Of a stretch of DNA of 64,000 nucleotides, positions 25,585 to 34,362 are shown piece by piece. Position numbers and translations under genes: made by a program. The notes below the pieces were generated by a model. That model was given only the letters and a program-made list of their open reading frames with translations. It had not been told where the DNA came from and did not search any database. The stretch comes from a virus (lineage: Duplodnaviria > Caudoviricetes), in IMG/VR virus record IMGVR_UViG_3300008110_007313. One strand, given 5' to 3'. Positions within the stretch are counted from its first letter, which is position 1; each line of letters starts with the position of its first letter.

Positions 25585-25673
25585 AAAAAGCACTGCAAAC
25601 AATTGTGGATTTTTTTATTGAGTACGGCGAATACCGAGCCAAGACTTACCACAAGTACAAGTCTTGGTATTGA
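25581..25673 (+). CDS. 30-aa peptide (not in track)
   Basis: MKKALQTIVDFFIEYGEYRAKTYHKYKSWY; ATGA-coupled. Confidence 0.5.
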   Translation: MKKALQTIVDFFIEYGEYRAKTYHKYKSWY

Positions 25674-25684
25674 CTAAAATCTGG

Positions 25685-25933
25685 TCAACTTGGACGTAAT
25701 AACCAGCCTTGGCCAGAAATTCGATGATACCAGCAATAAAAAGGTTCATCGATGATCAATTTGTAGTTTTTGCATAGATGCCAATATTTTGGCAAAATTT
25801 CCATGCCATCAATAAACACTGTGTCTGTGCTGGAAAACTGCAAGACATCATGTAGCCCTGCACGACTCAAGACTCCGTTGCATTCTATATCCAAGTGGTA
25901 GTCAGTACCCAGCAGATCGAAAAAGTTGTTCAT
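25685..25933 (-). CDS. hypothetical protein
   Basis: 82 aa; EPFYCWYH-GQGWLL. Confidence 0.65.
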   Translation of the reverse strand: MNNFFDLLGTDYHLDIECNGVLSRAGLHDVLQFSSTDTVFIDGMEILPKYWHLCKNYKLIIDEPFYCWYHRISGQGWLLRPS

Positions 25934-27176
25934 ACTCTGGTAGATAGTCTAAGATGCTGTTTTTGCGATTGCCTTCGAGCTGTTTTAAAAACTGCACCAA
26001 GTCTGGCAAGCGATGACTTTCGTCTGGTTTGTTTTTCAAGTAGTTTACATAACTCTGTAAATCTTGTACGACCTGTTGCTGGGCAACGTTAGGGTTTCGT
26101 ATGTTTATTATGGTTTCAGAATCAACAGTATGTTGGTCAACCCAGTGCTGTAGCTCATCAATAATATGCTGTCTATATTCAATTGGCAACACCGCAGGTC
26201 TCAAACATTCTGGCTGATTTAAAAAATTACAACTTTCCACAGTGATGTTGTGATTCCAGGCATATTCATAAATTTCCAACATGTGTCCAACTGTGAGTGC
26301 AGTGGGGGTAATTCTAAATTGGGTAAGCCATTCATGTTCTTTAGCCACAGCAAGCCAACGATTCATGGTCTCAAACACTGTAGACAAGCTCACAGGGTAA
26401 CGAACGTAATCATTAACGTGTTTGAAACTTTCTACGCTCATTCCAAGATTTACGCCCTGGAACTGTTTCAGCAAATCAACAACATCGTCGCGCCAGACAC
26501 CAAGGTTGGTTGTAAATCCAACAGTGGCGGTGCGATGCAAGCCGGCGTGAATCAACGCTTCAAGAATAATCTTAAACGCAGGAGTGATCAGTGTTTCGCC
26601 GCCAATGAAATGTAGATACTGTATGTGCGGACTAGAAACAAGGGCGTCAACTAGTCGTTGCACCAATACAGGATCGTCGGTCCAATTGGCAGGTACATTA
26701 TCGCTGACTATTCCAATCTTTTTAAATTCAGCAGCCAGACGAGAACTCGAATGAGGGCTACAAAACACACAGGCGCCGTTGCAATAATTGCCAAGGTCTA
26801 TTTGCCAGTCCTGGGGCATTTGTGTGGTTGTAGCACCTTTGGCAAATTCCTTGGACCAAGGGCTAGATACCAGTGTTTTTTCAAACTGTTCGATACGAAC
26901 ACCTATTTTCAGCAACTGTTTTTGTCGGCCGCTGACTTTGTTGTGTTGCTCCATCTGTGTGCAGTCAGCACAGCCCACTGGCAATTCACCATTGAGAAAC
27001 TGTTGCCTGACCGCAGACATTTGATGCTGAAAGAACTCTGCCGGTGTTGCAGTGCGTATACTGCCAGCAGAATTTCTTTGATCTTTGGTAGCCCAACGAC
27101 AGTACTCATAGTGGCCAGCATTGTTGATTCTCATATGCAGCCAAGGGCTAGAACAGAAGTTGGACTTTAAATTCAT
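25902..27176 (-). CDS. radical SAM enzyme with N-terminal SPASM/twitch-like Cys domain
   Basis: CSSPW-YCRW-CADC; DLGNYCNGACVFC; HFIGGET; FTTN. Confidence 0.88.
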   Translation of the reverse strand: MNLKSNFCSSPWLHMRINNAGHYEYCRWATKDQRNSAGSIRTATPAEFFQHQMSAVRQQFLNGELPVGCADCTQMEQHNKVSGRQKQLLKIGVRIEQFEKTLVSSPWSKEFAKGATTTQMPQDWQIDLGNYCNGACVFCSPHSSSRLAAEFKKIGIVSDNVPANWTDDPVLVQRLVDALVSSPHIQYLHFIGGETLITPAFKIILEALIHAGLHRTATVGFTTNLGVWRDDVVDLLKQFQGVNLGMSVESFKHVNDYVRYPVSLSTVFETMNRWLAVAKEHEWLTQFRITPTALTVGHMLEIYEYAWNHNITVESCNFLNQPECLRPAVLPIEYRQHIIDELQHWVDQHTVDSETIINIRNPNVAQQQVVQDLQSYVNYLKNKPDESHRLPDLVQFLKQLEGNRKNSILDYLPEYEQLFRSAGY

Positions 27177-27799
27177 CAGGTTCGGTTTTCTACAATCTTA
27201 TCAGCAAGACCCATATTTACTGCTTCTTGTGCTGACAGGAAAGTATCGAACTTCATGAGCTGGTAAAACTCGTCGTAGGTCTTGCCTGCGGTGTTGTGTT
27301 TGACATACAACTCAGTGAGTCGACGATTTACCCGCTGACTTTCTTCAAACGCACGTTTTGAGTCTTCAAATTGCAGTTCTTGCACATGCACTGAACCACG
27401 AGTGCCCGGGGTACCAGAACTAACACGATGAATCATAGTGCGGCTTTCAGGCAGTACAAATCGTTTGCCCGCGGCACCTGCTTGTGCTAAAAATGAACCC
27501 ATAGAGCAAGCTTGACCAATCACAATGGTATGCACATCAGGACGAATAAACTGCATGGTATCGTAGATGGCCAGGCCGGCTGACACTGACCCACCGGGCG
27601 AGTTGATGTAAAAACTGATGTCTTTGTCAGGGTCTTCGGCTTCTAAAAACAGCAACTGGGCCACAATCAAACTGGCAGTATGCTCGTTTACATCTGTGTC
27701 CAACATCACCACGCGGTCTCGTAGCAAGCGACTGTAGATGTCGTAGCTACGCTCGCCTTTTGAGGTTTGTTCAACAACCATGGGGATCAAACTGGGCAT
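27176..27799 (-). CDS. clpP: ATP-dependent Clp protease proteolytic subunit (canonical type)
   Basis: [35 protein letters not shown] (Ser), MIHR (His), FDTFLSA (Asp); start MPSLIP. Confidence 0.95.
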   Translation of the reverse strand: MPSLIPMVVEQTSKGERSYDIYSRLLRDRVVMLDTDVNEHTASLIVAQLLFLEAEDPDKDISFYINSPGGSVSAGLAIYDTMQFIRPDVHTIVIGQACSMGSFLAQAGAAGKRFVLPESRTMIHRVSSGTPGTRGSVHVQELQFEDSKRAFEESQRVNRRLTELYVKHNTAGKTYDEFYQLMKFDTFLSAQEAVNMGLADKIVENRT

Positions 27800-27860
27800 A
27801 AATTCTCCTATGTTAAGTAATGCGTTAGGATAAGTATAACATATTCTTCCGGAAAACACA

Positions 27861-29405
27861 ATGAGAGACCTGCTCAATATACTCGACTCAGTACTCAATG
27901 AGGTAACAATTTCCAAGGCCAAATATGGTCCTGGCACCCAGTTCTCGCTCAGTGGTGGCGCGGCTGGGCAAAAAATGCTGGCCATGATGCAACAGCAGGA
28001 ATTTGACCCTACTCCTCCCTTAACCATGCAAGATGTCAACAGCATGAGCAACGAAGAAATTCTTGGTTTGCCCACGGTCACTGTGGGTTCAGGTCCTGAT
28101 GGTTATGTGTTTTCCAACAACGCTGGTCAAATGCTGTTGGTAACCGGCAGTGCCAGTGCTATTGGTCCCATGTTCAATGCCTACAGTGGTGCAGGTGCTC
28201 AGTCCGACGACGCCGAAGGTAAGATTGCTAACCGTGGAGAAACTTCTGAAGGTATTTTAGGAGCTGCCATGTTTGCCAAGTTCACCAAACGTGAACCCAA
28301 TGAAGAAATTGGCACAGTAACACCGCAAGATATTAACACAGTGCTTGACAATCTCAAACAAACCGGCGAAGATCAATACGAAGTCGAAGTACAAGATTTT
28401 GATAATAAACATGCTGACTCAGTGACCTTTGTGTTGAGACTGAAGTCAGGACCTTATGCAGATTTGATGGATCCCGCCAAACGCGGACTGTTGGCCAACG
28501 AGTTTTCCAGTGCCGCAGGCTACGTCAACAGTGCCGATGCCGAACGCTACAGTCGTTACTTTTATATCAACGGCAAAGCAGATCAGATTGTGATCATGGC
28601 CGACGGAGTCACTGGTGAAAAAACACAAAAGACTGATGTCTGGGTCTACGTCACAGATGAAAATGGGCAGCCGCGCAAACTACGACTCAACACCAGTTTG
28701 AAAGTTGGGGGTATTGGACAGTTTGGTCAGGTAGGTGGAGACAGCGAAGAAACACAACAGACCTTGTGGAACTACTTTGGTATTGATGTTGATCCGGCCT
28801 TGAAGAATTTTGGAACCAAGGTCAAAAAAGATCCACGACAAGCTTTCAAAAATGTGTACCAATATGCAGCCAAACAAATTGACGATCAACTGCAAGGTGC
28901 TGATGCTGACCAAGAAGCTGCTGTGATCAACAACATTGCACAGGGTATCACACACTTTGCTACCTTGGGCGATCCTCGAGTCGAACTGGTAGACTTCAAC
29001 AAAGGTGGATTCAAAATTCTAAGGTTCAACAATCTGGTGCAAAAATTGCAAACTGTTAATCTAGCAGCCAGTTATGTAGACGACAAAAAATGGCCTGAGG
29101 TTTCAATTCACGAACGTGGCAATCCCAAAAACAAACTGCTTACCGTGCGCATGAAAATTGAAAACAAGCCCACTAAGAAAAACCCTGATGCACTGTACAT
29201 CCGCAACTATATTGAAAAAGAATCTTTGTTGGAAAAGCTCACTGAATATCGCAGAGCTAGTTGGGACGAAGCCGGTGGTGTAAGTACAGATGATTTAGAT
29301 CAACAGTTGAAAAAACCACGACTGCGTGGTCCTGGCGCCAAAGCAGCACAACGATCAGTGGAACCCAAGACTGACGTTGAGACTTTGGGGAGGAAAAAAC
29401 GATGA
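27861..29405 (+). CDS. large hypothetical protein, possible PD-(D/E)XK nuclease fold and virion-packaged protein
   Basis: KTDVWV-TSLKVG pattern; N-terminus [14 protein letters not shown]. Confidence 0.5.
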   Translation: MRDLLNILDSVLNEVTISKAKYGPGTQFSLSGGAAGQKMLAMMQQQEFDPTPPLTMQDVNSMSNEEILGLPTVTVGSGPDGYVFSNNAGQMLLVTGSASAIGPMFNAYSGAGAQSDDAEGKIANRGETSEGILGAAMFAKFTKREPNEEIGTVTPQDINTVLDNLKQTGEDQYEVEVQDFDNKHADSVTFVLRLKSGPYADLMDPAKRGLLANEFSSAAGYVNSADAERYSRYFYINGKADQIVIMADGVTGEKTQKTDVWVYVTDENGQPRKLRLNTSLKVGGIGQFGQVGGDSEETQQTLWNYFGIDVDPALKNFGTKVKKDPRQAFKNVYQYAAKQIDDQLQGADADQEAAVINNIAQGITHFATLGDPRVELVDFNKGGFKILRFNNLVQKLQTVNLAASYVDDKKWPEVSIHERGNPKNKLLTVRMKIENKPTKKNPDALYIRNYIEKESLLEKLTEYRRASWDEAGGVSTDDLDQQLKKPRLRGPGAKAAQRSVEPKTDVETLGRKKR

Positions 29406-30250
29406 GAGCACAAGAATTTGCAACTGAAGCACAAGAACTAGATGAGATAGTACGCCTGGGTGCTGCTGGGTTCAGTGGTGGTAAAGGATATCTCAACTCC
29501 TATGGCAGAGAAAAGTCAGTGCGTGAACTTCCTGGTGGCAGTGGACTATTGTATAGCGTGACCAAAGACAGTGGTGATTTCATAATCAAAATGTGGGATC
29601 CTGTCAACAAAGGTGAATTTCAACCAGCACCTATAGGTCCTCGTCCGTCATATTATACTAGACGTGAATGGCAAAGCAGAATTGAATACCTGCAACAACG
29701 AGATGTTCGACGCAAGGCAGAGTTTGATCGAGCTCCTGGTAACCTGATTGGACAACTTACAGTTGATAGCGTGGGTCGCAGTTTCCCCATGCCTGGTGCT
29801 GTGCAAGTAGGAACAATCACTGTGGATGAAGACTATCGCGGTGGCGGTATTGCCAAAGCATTGTATGGCATAGTACTGACCATAATGAAACGTCCCTTAC
29901 TGGCGGGCACCAGTCAAACGCCCGGCGGTCGTAAAAACTGGCTGAGCCTGAGTCAGATCCCTGGCGTGCAAATGAAAGGATATTTCAGCATAGATGACGA
30001 TGAACTAGATACTGATCCAAGAATTAACAACCCAAGAAGTTCTAAACGAGCGGATCAGAACATTGATACCATCATGGGCAAGCTGGGCGGAGAATATATA
30101 GGACAAGGCTATGATGGACATTATTTTGCCTTTGATGTCAAACCAAACACCTCCAAGCAAGAACTTGAATCATACATAAACACAAATCTAAGCCGAGTCT
30201 ACGGCGGTGGTTATGGTTCGGGTGGCCTATACGCTGTTTGGACTGGCTGA
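29402..30250 (+). CDS. GNAT acetyltransferase-like protein, possibly virion-packaged
   Basis: ITVDEDYRGGGIAKALY acetyl-CoA motif A; QTPGGRKNW; N-terminus MRAQEFATE. Confidence 0.7.
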   Translation: MRAQEFATEAQELDEIVRLGAAGFSGGKGYLNSYGREKSVRELPGGSGLLYSVTKDSGDFIIKMWDPVNKGEFQPAPIGPRPSYYTRREWQSRIEYLQQRDVRRKAEFDRAPGNLIGQLTVDSVGRSFPMPGAVQVGTITVDEDYRGGGIAKALYGIVLTIMKRPLLAGTSQTPGGRKNWLSLSQIPGVQMKGYFSIDDDELDTDPRINNPRSSKRADQNIDTIMGKLGGEYIGQGYDGHYFAFDVKPNTSKQELESYINTNLSRVYGGGYGSGGLYAVWTG

Positions 30251-30252
30251 GC

Positions 30253-30825
30253 CTAGCGAGACAACTGGCTGATGTGGTCACAGATACCTAGTTTGAGTGC
30301 TTCTTCGGCACTCAAGTAAACATCATGTGGGGGCAATAGGTACTGTTTGATTTCGTCTTCACTCAGTCCGGTACAACTCACATAGTGATTGACCATGCGT
30401 GTTTGTGTGAGTCCAAACTCTTTCATTGTGGCCAACAGTTCATGATGTTTACCATCACTGCCCCAGGCATACTGATGACTCATGATTGACGTGTTGGGAG
30501 TAAGTGTTCTGCGCCCTGCACTTCCTGCCAAAAAGATCAGCAATCCTGCTGATGCAATCTGTCCCAGACCCACTGTTTTGATAGCTATGTTGGAACTGCG
30601 CATCACATCAATCAAGGCAAATGCGGCACTCATGTCTCCACCTTCGCTACAGATCATCAACAGTAGTTCTTTTTTCTTTTTCTTGGTCACAAAGTTTTCG
30701 TACAAAATCCATTCTACTATGGGCGCGATACTGTCTTGTGTGACTTCGTCCATGAACACATACATGCCGTTGTCATGCAGTGCTTCACTGTGGTTGGTTT
30801 CTGGTACGTTGGTGTCTTGAGCCAT
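30253..30825 (-). CDS. clpP: second, divergent ClpP-family protease
   Basis: ICSEGGD, IASAG (Ser), MSHQ (His), HDVYLSAEEALKLG. Confidence 0.85.
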   Translation of the reverse strand: MAQDTNVPETNHSEALHDNGMYVFMDEVTQDSIAPIVEWILYENFVTKKKKKELLLMICSEGGDMSAAFALIDVMRSSNIAIKTVGLGQIASAGLLIFLAGSAGRRTLTPNTSIMSHQYAWGSDGKHHELLATMKEFGLTQTRMVNHYVSCTGLSEDEIKQYLLPPHDVYLSAEEALKLGICDHISQLSR

Positions 30826-30832
30826 GTTTTAT

Positions 30833-30862
30833 AAAAGAAAAAAGCAGCCCGGAGGCTGCTTC
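30833..30862 (-). terminator. intrinsic terminator
   Basis: AAGCAGCC-cgga-GGCTGCTT with A-tract on + strand. Confidence 0.8.
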
Positions 30863-30876
30863 TATTTATGGGCAGT

Positions 30877-31452
30877 TTATTCAGTGCGTTTGCCTTGTGT
30901 GTCAAGTTCTTTGAAAGCCGCATCTGACTGTCGCTGTACTTGATTTTGTGCACGAATTTGATCACGGCGTTGTTGTATTTGATTGGCAGTGCCTGTGGGC
31001 AAAGCAACCAACACATAACTACGGAATCTAGCGCCTTCGGCCAATCGTTTTACTTCTACAATTTCAGCACCTGTTATGTCCACGGTACGACACATTGATC
31101 GAATTGCAACCGAGCTATTTTCCACACTTTGTTCGCCTACGTCAGCACGGAATAGCTTGGAGTTTTTGTCTACTTCTCCACCAGCGGCCATGCAAATTTT
31201 ACCAAAAGCTACTGTTTTAGCCTTTTCGTCAGCCATGGACAAATCTGCACTGACCGCACTACCGTTGGCATAAACAGCGGCGTTGGATTTGGGCAATTCA
31301 GTCATCCACTTAGGTGCCTTGTCGATAGCTCGTTCAGCATATTGCTCACGCTTCTGCGTTTCTTCGTAGGCCCTGCGTTCATACGTTTCTTTGGGAGCGG
31401 AACTGCAAGCAGAGAGAGCAGCCACAGCAATAAGTGTAATAAAATGTTTCAT
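30877..31452 (-). CDS. lipoprotein (LPP20-like)
   Basis: Lipobox LSAC; PKWM-AVYANGSAVS-A-A pattern. Confidence 0.75.
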   Translation of the reverse strand: MKHFITLIAVAALSACSSAPKETYERRAYEETQKREQYAERAIDKAPKWMTELPKSNAAVYANGSAVSADLSMADEKAKTVAFGKICMAAGGEVDKNSKLFRADVGEQSVENSSVAIRSMCRTVDITGAEIVEVKRLAEGARFRSYVLVALPTGTANQIQQRRDQIRAQNQVQRQSDAAFKELDTQGKRTE

Positions 31453-31462
31453 AGATTTGTCC

Positions 31463-31585
31463 TTAACGTGATTTAACCCAATCGCCAGCTTTTTTCAAGT
31501 CATCGCCGGCACCACCTACCAAACCGCCTACAGTACCACATGCAGACAGCACAAACGCAACAGCCAAGATTGCGATATGTTTCAT
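31463..31585 (-). CDS. entericidin EcnA/B-like 40-aa lipoprotein (not in track)
   Basis: MKHIAILAVAFVLSACGTVGGLVGGAGDDLKKAGDWVKSR; GGAG RBS. Confidence 0.65.
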   Translation of the reverse strand: MKHIAILAVAFVLSACGTVGGLVGGAGDDLKKAGDWVKSR

Positions 31586-31612
31586 AAAAACTCCAAAGTT
31601 ATAAAGATACTG

Positions 31613-32200
31613 TTATTGTACACGAGGAGACTGTTTGATGTCAACCACTAACCAGCGATTGTCAGTGGTTTGGCAAATTATCCCGCCGATGCGACCAGAA
31701 GGGTGTTTGAATTCCAAACAGGTACTACCAGGATACTGTTGGTGACTGAATGGTCGTCGACCATGATTGTACAACGGAAATTCGTGCAGTTGTCCAGCAT
31801 ACCCCACAGCATACACTGTGTTTATTCTTGGGGTTCCCACTTCTGGGGAGTCATTGCAGTTCAGGGTTTTACGACTGGCCACTTGGATACTGCCAATTTG
31901 TTCGTGTATGGCGTCTTTGGCTCGCTGTGTGGCCATGGTACAAGCTTCCGAAGCTGGCCTGCCATCTGCCCAGGCAAAACGACCAGTGCCTACGAATTCC
32001 ACATCATTGTGTTCGGCCTGTACCGTAGACACACATTCTCGCCAGCCGTATGCCTGTGTCCATACTGAGCTGTCTAAAATTTTGATCTTGTTTAACACAC
32101 TCACTCCTTGTGTTACGGTGCGCGAGCTCATTGAGCACACGTCAGGCTGACCTGAGGCCAACGCCGGCACCATGGTTAAAAGAACTAGTAATTTTTTCAT
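31613..32200 (-). CDS. exported Cys-containing hypothetical protein
   Basis: Sec signal MKKLLVLLTMVPALASG; several Cys. Confidence 0.7.
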   Translation of the reverse strand: MKKLLVLLTMVPALASGQPDVCSMSSRTVTQGVSVLNKIKILDSSVWTQAYGWRECVSTVQAEHNDVEFVGTGRFAWADGRPASEACTMATQRAKDAIHEQIGSIQVASRKTLNCNDSPEVGTPRINTVYAVGYAGQLHEFPLYNHGRRPFSHQQYPGSTCLEFKHPSGRIGGIICQTTDNRWLVVDIKQSPRVQ

Positions 32201-32247
32201 TTGAATTCACAAACCTGTTTGGCAAGTTCTTTAATTCGTTCGTTCAT
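32197..32247 (-). pseudogene. 16-codon remnant of an MNERIKELA-type small phage gene
   Basis: MNERIKELAKQVCEFK-stop; resembles the N-terminus of the family that includes the 32378..32566 protein. Confidence 0.4.
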
Positions 32248-32378
32248 AGAAGTCTTTTCCAAGTTTAGCATCTACCATTCTATGACCATGCACATCCGCC
32301 CAGAACTGCTAACGCCACATAGGCAGCATGAGCCATGGCCGTGTGCAGTGTTTCAATTGGGTTTGTTGCTTGTGACAT
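32231..32378 (-). pseudogene. internally deleted, frameshifted small gene
   Basis: Frame 1 MSQATNPIETLHTAMAHAAYVAL; another frame QFWADVHGHRMVDAKLGKDFYERTN-stop. Confidence 0.45.
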
Positions 32379-32566
32379 TATTCTTCAACTCCGAAATGTT
32401 TTAGGATATCAAAAGCATTGTCATCGTCTGCAACAAGGTCAGCACATTCACGAACAATCAACTCGGCATATTTTTCCAAAGCGGCTTCCCATGGGACTCG
32501 CTTGGCACCAAGTCCGTATACATCAAGACCGCTTTGTCGTTCAAATTCTCGAAGTAGTTTGTTCAT
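32378..32566 (-). CDS. small phage hypothetical protein
   Basis: EKYAELIVRECA-KHFGVEE motif. Confidence 0.75.
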   Translation of the reverse strand: MNKLLREFERQSGLDVYGLGAKRVPWEAALEKYAELIVRECADLVADDDNAFDILKHFGVEE

Positions 32567-32712
32567 TGTATTTCTCGGTTAGGATGTTTTGGATTACGAC
32601 GGTATTCGGTCTTGGGACGTTCCACACGACCGCGGAAAGGCAAGTCCTGATCAAACAGAGCACGGTGTCGACGCTCCTTGGGTATTTGTAATCGAAATTG
32701 TATAGGTTTCAT
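32563..32712 (-). CDS. ArfA-like (alternative ribosome rescue factor A) 49-aa peptide
   Basis: ALFDQDLPFRGRVE-YRRNPKHPNR aligns by eye to E. coli ArfA [23 protein letters not shown]; ATGA-coupled. Confidence 0.55.
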   Translation of the reverse strand: MKPIQFRLQIPKERRHRALFDQDLPFRGRVERPKTEYRRNPKHPNREIQ

Positions 32713-32924
32713 TCTAACTCTCCAGTTACGACATTGACTTTGCCATTGTACACAGCACAAACTATTTCCTGGTTGGCAACTTTGAATGCAGTTTCATTGA
32801 AACGGTCAATGTATGCCTGTGCTTCTACGGCAGTGTCAAACTCTTTTTCCAATCTAACTTTGTGCAAATTGGGCCGTCCCAACTCAACAGGGTGAACTTG
32901 AACAATATGTTTAAATTTTGCCAT
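32709..32924 (-). CDS. hypothetical protein
   Basis: 71-aa ORF with AAGGA RBS. Confidence 0.65.
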   Translation of the reverse strand: MAKFKHIVQVHPVELGRPNLHKVRLEKEFDTAVEAQAYIDRFNETAFKVANQEIVCAVYNGKVNVVTGELE

Positions 32925-32945
32925 TTCGATGATCCTTGCAGTTTA

Positions 32946-33182
32946 TTAACCCCAATCTTTTTTGTCGCCATTGGCTTCATTGTCGCGATAACCTGCTGTA
33001 TAGGCCGCGAGCTCTGATGGGGTCATCTGCTCCATGTCAATGCGACGACTTCTGTGAGTGTCGCCTGCAAAGTAATGAGGCCAGTAGTCACGACCGTAGT
33101 AGCTGTCTGCTACGCCGCGATCGTATGGACTGCCATGGCGTTGATCATAATGACCAGATTGTGTAGTTGTTTCTGCCAACAT
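32946..33182 (-). CDS. hypothetical protein
   Basis: HGSPYDRGVADSYY-AYTAGY; start MLAETT after the promoter. Confidence 0.7.
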   Translation of the reverse strand: MLAETTTQSGHYDQRHGSPYDRGVADSYYGRDYWPHYFAGDTHRSRRIDMEQMTPSELAAYTAGYRDNEANGDKKDWG

Positions 33183-33209
33183 TTTGTGTTCCTTTGTGTC
33201 TATGTGAGT

Positions 33210-33238
33210 ATTATAACAAATTGGCAATTTTGAGTCAA
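33210..33238 (-). promoter_or_regulatory. early promoter repeat
   Basis: TTGACT-N17-TATAAT. Confidence 0.85.
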
Positions 33239-33240
33239 CC

Positions 33241-33266
33241 AAAAGAAAAGCCCCTTGCGGGGCTCT
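33241..33266 (-). terminator. intrinsic terminator after the phasin-like gene
   Basis: AGCCCC-ttgc-GGGGCT with U-tract on - strand. Confidence 0.85.
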
Positions 33267-33285
33267 AAAATGTAGTACTTGAGTA

Positions 33286-33561
33286 TTACTTTTTAGATGT
33301 GGTAGCTGTGTAGGCTTTCATGATGCCTTCACCAAATTTGGTGTAGTCAAATTTCATAGCGTCTTGTGTGGCCTTGACCATTTCTGTGGTCAATGTGGTA
33401 AATGTGTCCATGCTCACTTTGGTGGCCTTTTTGGTGTAGTCAGCTTGAGCATCAATGAACTTGATCATTGCGTCTTTGGCTGTTTCATTTTGAACAAAAG
33501 TATTCACGAAAGTCTTTTTACCGGTTTGTACGGTGTCGATGATTGCGTCTGCTGTAAACAT
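33286..33561 (-). CDS. phasin-like helical protein
   Basis: 91 aa, amphipathic helix-rich (AMIKFIDAQADYTKKA); AGGAG RBS; PhaR-type box upstream. Confidence 0.55.
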   Translation of the reverse strand: MFTADAIIDTVQTGKKTFVNTFVQNETAKDAMIKFIDAQADYTKKATKVSMDTFTTLTTEMVKATQDAMKFDYTKFGEGIMKAYTATTSKK

Positions 33562-33640
33562 GTGTTTCTCCTAATTTAAGCGAGTTTGCTATAGGACCCG
33601 GCCTATCCAGCGTCCTATGTTGTATTATATATGATAATTT

Positions 33641-33655
33641 TGCTGCATTGCAACA
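33641..33655. promoter_or_regulatory. PhaR-type operator overlapping the -35 region of the phasin-like gene promoter
   Basis: TGCTGCATTGCAACA; reverse complement contains TGCAATGCAGCA, matching TGCRNYGCASMA. Confidence 0.55.
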
Positions 33656-33736
33656 TATTTTCAGCACTTTAGTGACCATTCACTAATTTTAAATACATTG
33701 GCTGTGTCGATAGTAAATAGTATACAGGAGAACTTT

Positions 33737-34048
33737 ATGCTAAAAGCAATTTTTGATTGGTTTAAAAAACCCAGCCCTGCGGCACAAGCGCCAGCAGTAC
33801 AACCAGAAGCTGTGCCCTACAAAGTAGAAGCACCTGCTCAGGTTGCCCCAGTGATAGAAGCCGCACCTGTTGTGGCCGCACCTGCTGACGTTGGCAAACC
33901 TGCAGATGACCGAGTAGAGGCCACTGCCCGACCTGCTCGCAAGCCCCGAGCCAAGCCAGCGGCAAAACCGGCAGCTGGATCAGCAACAAAACCGGCAGCG
34001 ATCACAGCAGCCAAAAAGCCCCAAGGCCGCAAGCCAGCACAAAAATAA
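33737..34048 (+). CDS. Ala/Pro/Lys-rich low-complexity protein
   Basis: TAAATA at 33714, AGGAG RBS; KPAAKPAA repeats. Confidence 0.7.
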   Translation: MLKAIFDWFKKPSPAAQAPAVQPEAVPYKVEAPAQVAPVIEAAPVVAAPADVGKPADDRVEATARPARKPRAKPAAKPAAGSATKPAAITAAKKPQGRKPAQK

Positions 34049-34073
34049 AAAAAGCCCCAGAAGGGGCTTTTTT
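34047..34073. terminator. bidirectional intrinsic terminator
   Basis: AAAAAAGCCCC-agaa-GGGGCTTTTTT. Confidence 0.9.
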
Positions 34074-34074
34074 A

Positions 34075-34362
34075 TTAAGTCAACATCCTGACCAAACCCA
34101 CAGTGTCAATAGTGGTCAGCAATAGATAGTTAGCCAGCATGCCAAAACTTCTCCGAGTCCAAGCAGCCCAAGCATAGAGAGCACAGCCAAAGATCCAAAC
34201 AGGATAAAGAGCAAGAAGCGGAGGATTGGGGACTGTGAGCGCCATAGTAATACTGCAACCAATACTGATAGCCCAAGCAAGCAACTCAATAGCAAAGCGA
34301 ATTCTGTTAGACTTAAAGTCATCTCTGATCCAGCTAAATGTGTTAAGCAGTATATCGTTCAT
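34075..34362 (-). CDS. small membrane protein
   Basis: 95 aa with 3 hydrophobic segments. Confidence 0.7.
   Translation of the reverse strand: MNDILLNTFSWIRDDFKSNRIRFAIELLAWAISIGCSITMALTVPNPPLLALYPVWIFGCALYAWAAWTRRSFGMLANYLLLTTIDTVGLVRMLT

Noticed and set aside
3830-33242. ORF-track N-termini such as MPICYN, FPICYNTCIVIKKE and MAICYNTC as a shared protein motif
   Set aside because: They are the promoter repeat (TTTGCTATAATACTTGT) read in frame; the real starts follow the downstream AAGGAG RBS.
33780-34030. Apparent tandem repeats (GCAAAACCGGCAGC-like)
   Set aside because: They are explained by the Ala/Pro/Lys low-complexity coding sequence.
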